Below are positions 26,350-36,903 of a stretch of DNA of 64,000 nt, one piece after another. The notes beneath the pieces were generated by a model. The model was not told the origin of the DNA. It saw nothing but the letters and a program-made list of their open reading frames with translations, and did no database searches. The position numbers and the translations under genes are program-made. Source of the DNA: Botryllus schlosseri (Eukaryota); assembly GCA_051294905.1 (NCBI GenBank), contig CM119386.1:15748001-15812000 (forward strand). Reading direction: 5' to 3'. Numbering within the stretch: the first letter of the stretch is position 1; each line of letters begins with the position of its first letter.

Positions 26350-28074
26350 GATACCACTGACTACGCTATCTCGCCTCTAGGCTCAGGATCGTGACTAAAT
26401 TGGCTCATCGCGAAGCCAATCATCTGACAACTCATCGCGTTGGATAATTAGGTACGATTTATCGGAGCTACATGCGTTGGCCATGGCCAATGAATCTCAG
26501 ATTCTATTGTTTCTATCTGCTCATAAGTAGAGCTGGACAAAATCGAGCAACTTGATGAGTCGATCTCGGATCGTGTAGACTTCGAATCAAGTCGCGTATC
26601 GATCATTATGACGTTGTAACATGATGAATATACTGAAAAGCTCAAATTTGTACCTTCTAACTTGGTGGTTCCCAACCCTTTAACGATATTTGAGCAAAAA
26701 TTTCCCCAATTAGAATAGGTCATCCGGTGAATAAAAAGGTGCTTTCTAACGCACGACCATTTGTTGACTGAGCAATAGGCCTATATGTCTAAACTATGTC
26801 GAATGCGGACCCCGTTACACATTCGTAGAGTACCGCAGACTACTTCCGTATATATTATTTAGCGCTATAGGCTATAGGTGTATAATTTCAATCTTTTTTT
26901 TTTCTTTCTGAAAATGAAGGACTGTATATAAGTGCTAAACTAGATTGCAGACATTTGCCAATCTCGTGCTAATGAGAATCAATTCCGATTTTACAGGAAC
27001 AAGTTTTCGCGAATTCAGTAATTATAATTATAATATAATTTGAAAAAGTTGAACATTTTCTGCTTGTCCCTTGTCCATGTCTGGTCGTAGCAAGGGAAAC
27101 AATTTCGGTACTCGAATCCAACAATCACAATTGTCACTCGATTCGTATCCGAGTACTTGAGCCGCTGTATCCATTTCCACTCATGAGACACATAATGTAG
27201 AATGCGATACACAAGGCACAACGAATGAATGAATAAATGAATAAATATAGGCCTTCGGTCTCGCCTCGCCCGACGATACAAAGCGCGCCTGTGCTGAGAA
27301 TCGAATCATCTTTCTCTCACGTCGATGGCTGTGCTTTTCAACCTTTTTGGACACCATCCGCACTTTTTTCGCTAAAACATTCATCCGGGCAGACCAATAG
27401 AAAATTGTTTTACAAAAAGAAAATGAATATACTTACCAATATTTTGTTGAGACGTACAACAAGTAAGATACTGGTGAAGGCCGTCAAGTGACTCATAAAA
27501 AAGACAATTATTTTCCCTCGTTTTGATTTCAAATATAGCGCACTAAACCACTTTTCGGCTAAATGAGTAGCCGGGTTTTGTGCAAGAACCCTGTTGCAGT
27601 GGTTCTCAAACAGGGGCACGAAATCTTTCACTATCTTTGAGAGCCACTGGTCTAGTGATTGGATAGCCATGTATTTATAAAAACGTCCCAGCACTCCCAT
27701 CAAAATACAGCGTATTTTCCACGAGTGAAAAATGCTTGCTGGCTGCAATCGTTTATAAGAGTATGTCACAATGGTTCGTCGAAGGGGTGCAAAATCCACA
27801 TGCTTGCTAGTAGTAGAGAAATGGTGGATATAGCCGCATATCGTCTTGTAACTTAAAGAAACTAAAATCTCTAATAAAATAAAGAAACAAAGGATAACGG
27901 ACTTACGCATTTTGCAGAATTGCAGTTCGTGACGGATTGCTGCAAGCGATCTGATCGATATGTGGCTGTCTGATTTCCGATTGAAATGAGTTTGGTGTAA
28001 TATTTCTGACGTAATTTTCGCGGTTGTAGCGTGACTTGTTATTTATGAGTGGATTGATAACTGGTTCTGTCTGT

Positions 28075-29265
28075 TGATTTCAAAACCCGGCTGACCTATC
28101 GTGTCGCGCTTTCTGGAATTGAGTACGGTTGCTATCTGTGTGTCAAAACTCGTTTGCGGTGAATATAATTTTATTATCAGGCGAATAATATCAAGGTTAT
28201 TGTCTTTGCTGTAATCGAATCTTTCTGGATCTCTATGGTGTGTACTCCGACGAAACGGAAAAGTTGACGCGGCATGACGCGGCGTGTAATCGTGGGTTGG
28301 TTGATCCAATTTCTCTTGAATGTGATGGGATGAGGGAAAATTTGCCCATTGAACATTACAGCTGTGAAGTGAACGCTCCTCTTGATCCGTATATGAGAGC
28401 CTTATGCTATACCTCAAGTGCACGGTCAAGGCGTTGGGCCAAACGAAACGATGTAAATTCACGCTTGCCGTTTGAACTGGCATACTCTGGTCCGGAACGA
28501 TAACCGTTCAGATCTGTATTAGAGTGATATATATGTATTCTTGGTATCATTTTTAAGGCTACTTGCAGAATTACGTAACTCACTATCGGGCGATGAACGG
28601 ATTCCGAAACTAGAAATGGTCCTGCCTGGCGATTTAAAACTCGGCTGACCTATCATGTCGATCAATGATTTCCGGTTCAATTGAGTACGGCTGCTATCTG
28701 CGTATAATCAAAACTCGTTTATGTTAAATTAAACTCGTTTGAATTTATTATCAGGCGAATATACTCAAGGTTACTGTATTATTTGCTGTAATTTTCCGCG
28801 TATGACGATCGAATCTTTTTGGATCTCTGTAGTGTGTAACCCGACGAAACGGAAAAGCTCGCCTGGCGTGACTCGCCGTGTCAGCGTATAATGGCGGGTT
28901 GATTGATTGATGGGTATATGATGACAATTTATGCTATGTTTCAAGCGTACGGTCAAGGTCACACGAATCGATGTAAAGTCTCGCTTGGTTGGATTCTCGT
29001 ACTTGGATGGGGTGGGGGGTGGCTGACTAAGGGGCTACACATCCAAAACTACTTCCGTAACCCAATGTCAGTCAGGCGCAGAGACGAGCGGATATAAAAA
29101 TTTGGTATTCTGAAACCATCTTGCTCCGGCTTATATTTTAAAACTCAACTGGCGTATGATTTCTCTTGAATCTCTCAATCAATAATTCCCGGTTCAATCG
29201 AGTGTGAATGCAAGCTGTCTGTGTGGTGCACGCGTTATCAAATCAAACTCGTTTGTGTCATTGAG
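28075..29265. repeat. Subterminal diverged tandem repeats (~550-bp period, 2 units plus a partial third); mirrored at ~41650-42840
   Basis: ggctgacctatc at 28089 and 28643; ttattatcaggcgaata, ggatctct and cgacgaaacggaaaag are shared between units. Confidence 0.8.
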
Positions 29266-29477
29266 TCCATGGTAGGCCTATATCACATTGATATCATTGT
29301 AAGCAGACAGTTTTGAGTAACTATGTGGGATTCTATTGAAAACAGCTTTATTACAAAGAAGCCGAGATAAGTCCATCGCTGTTGCTACTTGCTACCCGCC
29401 ATTTTCAAGTGGTTTTTGACGACGTCCAAAGCTACTTCCCGCAGCTTACGACAGTAGAGAGCGAGTGTGCCAGGAGC

Positions 29478-30150
29478 GAGCCTCGTATACGGTACAAACG
29501 AGTGTGGATTTGAATGGGAAAACAAGGCATTGGGGGATCTTTACTGGATTACTTTTGGATTTAAGTTTATTCGGACCCGGATTTGTGGATTTTACATGCT
29601 ACTCGCGAAATAATATCGCGGGCAAGTGATCCCCATGAATCAGCCGTGATCGATCGGGAGGTGATGCGATGATGTCAGTCTGGATTCAAAATACTCGTTT
29701 GGATTAATCACATCATAGTAATCAGTTTTCTTCTGGCTCGTGACTCTTGCATCGATGTGGTTCCTGTATCGAGAACTACGATACTAGATTCCATTGTACG
29801 CCGACGAATCGGGGCTCGTATACTGTACAAATGAGCGTGAATTCGGATGGGAGTACGGCGCATTGGAGTATTTTTACTGGATTACTTTTGGATTTACGTA
29901 TATCCGGACCCGGATTTTTTAAATTGTACATGCTACTGGCGAAATAATTGCGCTAGTAAGTGATGGCCATAAATCAGCCGTGATCGATCGAGAGTGATAC
30001 GATGATGTCGGTCGGGGTTTAAAATACTCATTTCGATTAATTCCATCAACGTAGTCATCTTCTTCTGACTCGTGACTCTTCCGTCGATGTGGTTCCTGTA
30101 TTGAGAACTATACGATACTCGATTCCATTGTACGCTGACGTATCGAAAAA
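29478..30150. repeat. Diverged tandem duplication, period 333 bp; mirrored at ~40765-41437
   Basis: tactggattacttttggattt at 29542 and 29875; cagccgtgatcgatcg and cgatgtggttcctgtat in both units. Confidence 0.85.
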
Positions 30151-30867
30151 GTTCGCCTCGTTTCGTAGGATACTGGGGGAAAGGCTTAATCTCGCTGAAT
30201 ACGAGTTTGGGAATATTTGGCGTTATATTCGAGTGATAAAAAACTTATCTCTAGGCAAGTAGACGTACTTGCTGAGTGATTGTAGCCTGCGACCCAAATT
30301 CCCATTGTCTCTGTCCACAATCGCTTGTGAAGTGGTGTAATGAATCGGTGATCCGAATCCAGCCCGGAATTGCTCCTGCTCCTGGATCCGATCGTAATCA
30401 CCTCCGCTCAGATGTGATCAACCTGTTGACGGATATACAGTCTTGTCGTCATCGTTGTATGTTAAGTTGACGGAATAATACTTGATCATAATGAGCAATC
30501 TGTAAGATATACATCTCAGTAGTACCGTGTTTTCTGTTTCACGGTCATACAAATCGGGTGCAGTTCAGATTAGCAAGAAATCGAGCAGTTTCATTTTCCT
30601 GGTACTGAGTTGAGACGCAATAACTACTGGTCAGGCGTAATCATCTTCCATCTACAAAGGATGTTTCATTTTGGTATGGCTGCATATCAATTGTGTATAT
30701 AAACTTGTATTTCGGCAGTCGATGAAGAAAATATGTAACCCGTTTGCTAAATATGTATGTTGTCTATTTTAGGAACACGAGAAGTGAAGTACATCAACAG
30801 TTTGATGTCAAAGAAAATATTATCCATGACGAAGCGTGAATAATGATTTTACCCGCTGCGTGTCGAA

Positions 30868-30997
30868 ATAGCGTATAGCGTATAGCGTATAATAGCGTCG
30901 ATTCCGCAGCTGCAACACCAATGGGTTGCGGGTTCGAGTCCGACTGAGTTCGACTGCAGAATTCTTACCCAAGTGTTGGATGTTTATCTAGGCTCCT
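30868..30997 (+). mobile_element. SINE family A head fragment inside the left arm
   Basis: cagctgcaacaccaatgggttgcgggttcgagtccgac...gtttatctaggctcct, shared with the host SINE copies. Confidence 0.75.
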
Positions 30998-33241
30998 ATT
31001 TTTCATATAATCCGTACAAGCGATGCCTTCTAGAAGCTCAGAAGTGGGCAGTGCTACAAGTCGGTATCTACAGGACACAAATGACGTAAATCGTCCTGGT
31101 TGAAATGACCGTATTAGCAGTCTACAAGCACAATGAATATCACAAACAACGAAACAAACTCTACCCGCCATGATATCGACTCCAGCAGGACATATTTTCG
31201 ATATATTGAGATATGTAAATTTCATTCTTAATATTTTCAATCTTGCAAGCGAACCATATCTTTTAGGGCGGCAATAATACAAGATTTGTCGTTATCGACT
31301 AACGCTGTCAAGGGCGATTTGGTGTATGGAAATGTGAATATTGATTACGACGGTGCGATTTTGGACGGTTCGCCGCGGTAAACGATCCTTGATATCAGGA
31401 AACAATCAGGCGCAGTCTGAAAATATAGTCGAACATTCGTACCCTGCTACAATACCAAGCACAAAGCGTTATTGGAAGAAAAAAATGCGATGAAGCGGCG
31501 ATCGATATGCATCGTACAAAGACGTAGTAGTAGTCACGCACAAACACACACACACACACACACTAGAATACTAGTCAGATTATAGGACCACGAACTAACA
31601 TATCGATTCAGTTTTCCATCCCATGCCACCTCATTTTGTCTCTTTCCTTTCATATTCTCTGCTTTAGTTTTCATTCGGTGTGCATTCCTCTTCTTTACTT
31701 TACCTATGCCAAGGTGGGGTGTGCGATTTCAAAGACTACTCCAAGCTCCAATTCGTTTCGACACCTCCCTGTCTTTCATTGTATCGCAGTTTTGTAGTGT
31801 TTTGAAACGATGAAAATATTAATAAACTAACACTGATACACTAAATTATCCCAAGAACAGCTGCAATACAGAAACGTTTGAGGTCTATATATTTGCGATT
31901 TTTTATTGCGTGTGAAGATTTAAAAACGACTAGTAGAATAGGTAGGAGAAGACTGGAGGAGCAAGCTCTAGCACATAATAGACATTTCGTCCATCAGTAT
32001 TGGTGTTTGTAAGGCAGGGCTAGAATCTGTGTAAAATGAGGAAAATTACTATATTATGAATGGGAGGCATTCAATAGCACCCAAGCAGAGTTCTGAAAAA
32101 CGTGAGTTGAACTGGATTGGATCCGAAAATGAACAATGCGCAGTGAGCACAATGACTCGGACTCGAGTCTCAACACCGTGATTCGGAGTTGAATATTCGA
32201 ATCCTGAGTTGGACTCGGTGGTGAATGGAAAATGATTCGACTTGACTCGAGTCCTACCGAATGTTGGGATTAAGTCACCATCCTCGAGTCACGAGTAGGG
32301 CTAGGCACAATGATTCGTGTACCCGAATCTGAAACGAGTAATATATATAACGATTCTAGTCGAGTAGTAAAAGACGATTTTTTTTCGAGTACTGAAAATA
32401 TACGCTTCTATCGCCACTAAACGGCAATTTATCAACGAAAGTCATAGGTTCGATACTAGTTTCAAGTGTGGAAGCTGTAAAACTTTGATTGGTCGTATCG
32501 CAGCATACGAAACCTACAGACTACAGTACAATGCTACGAAAGTTACTGAAAATAACAAATCGCTGGTATGCCAGCTAGTTTTATGGCTCTACAGCATCAC
32601 CAGATTTTTATGACTCTATATGGCGGGTGTTTTCAACCCGGATCCAATCATCTGGATAGTAAGTAGCCTATACACAAGTAAGTAACTCCGTCGGTCGGAA
32701 GAAGTAGGCGTATCACGCGATATACTTTTTCGTATCATAGATAATGATATCATGCAAATTCTGCACGAGATGTGTCTTGGAAGTGGCACGTAAAACGTTG
32801 TTGTCCCCCACCAATATAGCTTCTCTAGATGAGATGTCTTATTCGTTTTGCTATCTGACCCGTTTGTGGAAATCTTCAGCGACAATTATTGTTCTGGGGA
32901 TCATTTTCGTTGAGTATTAAAATATGGTCTCTCGCAGAGCGTGACGGTCAACAAATGTATGTCTCAAATATTCAGCGGAAACCGGGGTACATTATTGTTC
33001 GAGACTCCTATATATGACTTGGAATAAAGCACCGATGCCTTGTCATTCAGAGGCTGCTGTATCGAGAGCGTCCATGGCAGTTGATCGAATAATCATGTGA
33101 GAAGATGGTCAAATATGATTGTCTACCTATCTATTATGAATATTCTATTTCGGAGTGTTTCCTTGTATATCCCCGAGAGTGACGACATAGAGTTGACTAT
33201 TACTGATCTCGCGATGTGAGAATACAACTCGTGAAAAGAAG

Positions 33242-33805
33242 CTTCAATATACAATTAAATAGTATATTCATATTGAAATGAACCCGAATATTTTCGGCTG
33301 ACACTCGTCAGGGGTAATCGTCAGCAACTAGTAGAGAATTGGAAAGAACATTGTATATCAACAATCGTATCACAAAATATGACGTCACCAGCATGAAATT
33401 TCGAATGAGAGAACGTTCAATGTACTATTTTTAGGTGATACACGAACTCCTTTTGTTGACAGAGTTTTGGTTGGTGTATTTTGATAAAAGTTGATTCCAA
33501 GGCACACAAATGGAATTGTGAATTGTGAATTGTGGAATTGTGTGCCTTGGAATCAACTTTTATCAAAATACACCAACCAAAACTCTGTCAACAAAAGGAG
33601 TTCGTGTATCACCTAAAAATAGTACATTGAACGTTCTCTCATTCGAAATTTCATGCTGGTGACGTCATATTTTGTGATACGATTGTTGATATACAATGTT
33701 CTTTCCAATTCTCTACTAGTTGCTGACGATTACCCCTGACGAGTGTCAGCCGAAAATATTCGGGTTCATTTCAATATGAATATACTATTTAATTGTATAT
33801 TGAAG
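33242..33805. repeat. Perfect hairpin: 268-bp arms (33242-33509, 33538-33805) and 28-nt loop, part of a 595-bp insertion present only in the left arm
   Basis: Arms are exact reverse complements by eye; the insertion is bounded by a 10-bp direct repeat AAAGAAGCTT (33235-33244, 33830-33839) that is single-copy in the right arm (~37670). Confidence 0.92.
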
Positions 33806-34606
33806 TTCTGTACCTCTAAGAAGCTCTTCAAAGAAGCTTGTGATCTGTGATGGATTACAGAATATTCCGATGTCAACGCTGACGTTCTTGAAAAGGGTGT
33901 GATTCGTTATAGTTCTGATCTTGTGTGACTACCCCAAACAGTAGATTATCGACTATAAAACGTTTGTGTAGCTATAATTCGTATCCAAGTTGTTGAACTA
34001 AGACATATGACGGTAGAATCGAATGTCATACATAAAAACTTATTCAAATACCTACTAAGAGTGAACATTACAACGTTGAGTCACTTGAAAAGTTGTCGTG
34101 GTAGCGGAATATTGTTTGTGAATCGATATGGTTAGTAACAGTTGCATTGTTCGCACATTTAATGCTATTTATCGATATCGGATCGGCTTATGAAATATCA
34201 GTGTGAGAACCAAGTGCGTGCCAACTGCCCTTTGTCGATGGAAATAAACACCTGTCTCCCGTATTGCTGTCAGAAAACAATCTGTTTTCATGAAATACGC
34301 ATATTTGCACGCCAAGTCCTGCTAATTTTGTTGCCCGTTCGTTTTTGTATTAACATTAAGTGTGTAGTATCGCTCCTTTGGCGATGGTAATTTGGCGGAA
34401 AAAGTCAGCACCTAAGATTAAAAAAATCAACCAGAGAACGAGCTGTTTCTCCGTGACCTTTCAATATTCACCTATGGTTTTGAATTCACAGCAAATGTCA
34501 TTATTGTTGACAATATGTGAATTGCTATCGAAGATTCGTAGTAATGGTTTTGTCTGTTTTTAGGATGATATATTTCTCAAACAGTTTCCCAAAATGAGAG
34601 ACTGTT

Positions 34607-35950
34607 ATGGAAAGACACTTCGACCCGGATCCGCCAGTACAGAGATGCGTATATATCGCGTCGGGTTCTCACCGCTCCGAATTATATAGACTCGCTACGT
34701 TCGCCAGGTTTTCGAGACTGTCGTACACAAAGCGTGCAGATTCAGCATCTGACGGATATTATTGGCTAGGGTTCGAAGACAAAATTAAATGTTTCGGATG
34801 CAGTATTTCACTCGAATAATGGGTTGAAAAGGATACGAATGTAAGTTGTCATGAAGCGAGTTGTGTTCGAGACGTATTCAATATTCCCGTTGAAAGATCG
34901 AATTTCAGGAGTCTATTACGGGAGTTTAAGCTTCAAATCGAGACACCGCAAGTCAATAACAGCGACATAAAACTTGCGAATATCATTGACCGAGAACACG
35001 CGTGTTTGATTAAGAACCTCGACTTGAAAAGGGAATCGAAGCGACGCGAAACCTTCAAGAAATGGCCTAGCTATCCAATACCCCACGCAGTAGGCGAGTT
35101 GGCGAAACAAGGGTTTTTCTATCTCGGTAACTTAGACAGAACGCAGTGCTTTAGCTGCTTCGGTGTTCTTCGCAATTGGAAACCCATAGACGACGTATCG
35201 GAAATACACCTTACACATTTTCCAAAATGTACTTTCGCGCGTGGTAGCTTTTCAGGAAATATCGCACTAGCTGAGCACGACCGCGGCAATTTGGATGACC
35301 TGCTTCACGAGAAAATACGACGGCTCACTATCAATGTGAAAGAACCAGATGAGCCCTACGAGGATGAAAAACACTATCTTGCTGAACTATTCCCTTGGCT
35401 TAACCCCGCGAATCCTGTAATGTCGTCCTTGTCACGAAGAATAGCAACCTTCGACGAAGGTTGGGATCCCGCTAAAATCAATGCTAGCGTTGAGCAATTA
35501 GCAAATGCGGGGTTTTATTACATCGATTCGGACAAGACGAAATGTTTTTACTGCAATGGTGGACTTCGGTGGAACCGGACAGACGAGGTTTGGACGGAAC
35601 ATGCTAAATTGTTTCCGCAATGCGAGTACGTACTTCGAATGAAAGGTATCGAATTCGGGCGAAGCATCGAAAACACATATCCAAATCTCAACCGTCCGAT
35701 TATTAGAAACCCCATCACGAAGTTGGAGTTGACTAAACGACAAAATGTTCTGCGGAATCGTCAATCAAACGATGGATCACCGTTGGATTGCATCGAAAAT
35801 GGGAGAGGCCGTGACGTGTAAACGATGTGAAATAAATATAAATGAATATGACTATAGCATGTGGACATCTTTGCATTGTTTCTAGACTTGTGGGACTGAC
35901 GTAGAACGCAGTGGTGGCAGTCATGAAGTACTTCTATTTTTTTTTTCTCA
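34607..35950 (+). pseudogene. Intronless inhibitor-of-apoptosis (IAP/BIRC family) pseudogene: 3 BIR domains plus decayed RING
   Basis: 34607-35821 is one frame with a single TAA at 34817-34819. BIR1 RLATF..KIKCFGC..*W..CHEASC; BIR2 RRETF..GFFY..DRTQCFSC..W..HLTHFPKC; BIR3 RIATF..LANAGFYY..DKTKCFYC..W..EHAKLFPQC. Frameshifted RING remnants CKRC (35817) and ACGHL (35857) follow. Confidence 0.9.
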
Positions 35951-36062
35951 GAATTTTGGTAGGTTTTACCTAATTACACTACATACTCAAGTGCCTTGTG
36001 TTGGAATACTTCTATTTCTATCAGTTGGATTAGACCGGACATTCTAACTGGTTGTAAAACTA

Positions 36063-36903
36063 TTGCTATTCTTCGTGACAAGGACGACATTACAGGATTC
36101 GCGGGGTTAAGCCAAGGGAATAGTTCAGCAAGATAGTGTTTTTCATCCTCGTAGGGCTCATCTGGTTCTTTCACATTGATAGTGAGCCGTCGTATTTTCT
36201 CGTGAAGCAGGTCATCCAAATTGCCGCGGTCGTGCTCAGCTAGTGCGATATTTCCTGAAAAGCTACCACGCGCGAAAGTACATTTTGGAAAATGTGTAAG
36301 GTGTATTTCCGATACGTCGTCTATGGGTTTCCAATTGCGAAGAACACCGAAGCAGCTAAAGCACTGCGTTCTGTCTAAGTTACCGAGATAGAAAAACCCT
36401 TGGTTCGCCAACTCGCCTACTGCGTGGGGTATTGGATAGCTAGGCCATTTCTTGAAGGTTTCGCGTCGCTTCGATTCCCTTTTCAAGTCGAGGTTCTTAA
36501 TCAAACACGCGTGTTCTCGGTCAATGATATTCGCAAGTTTTATGTCGCTGTTATTGACTTGCGGTGTCTCGATTTGAAGCTTAAACTCCCGTAATAGACT
36601 CCTGAAATTCGATCTTTCAACGGGAATATTGAATACGTCTCGAACACAACTCGCTTCATGACAACTTACATTCGTATCCTTTTCAACCCATTATTCGAGT
36701 GAAATACTGCATCCGAAACATTTAATTTTGTCTTCGAACCCTAGCCAATAATATCCGTCAGATGCTGAATCTGCACGCTTTGTGTACGACAGTCTCGAAA
36801 ACCTGGCGAACGTAGCGAGTCTATATAATTCGGAGCGGTGAGAACCCGACGCGATATATACGCATCTCTGTACTGGCGGATCCGGGTCGAAGTGTCTTTC
36901 CAT
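36063..36903 (-). pseudogene. Inverted truncated copy of the IAP (BIR1, BIR2 and start of BIR3)
   Basis: Mirror of 34607-35447 with the same premature stop; one K/N difference in BIR2; diverges after ...SRRIA at the arm boundary. Confidence 0.9.

Noticed and set aside
27410-27910. 166-aa minus-strand ORF
   Set aside because: It crosses the element boundary and reads through a 53-bp MITE remnant (27597-27649); no recognisable domain.
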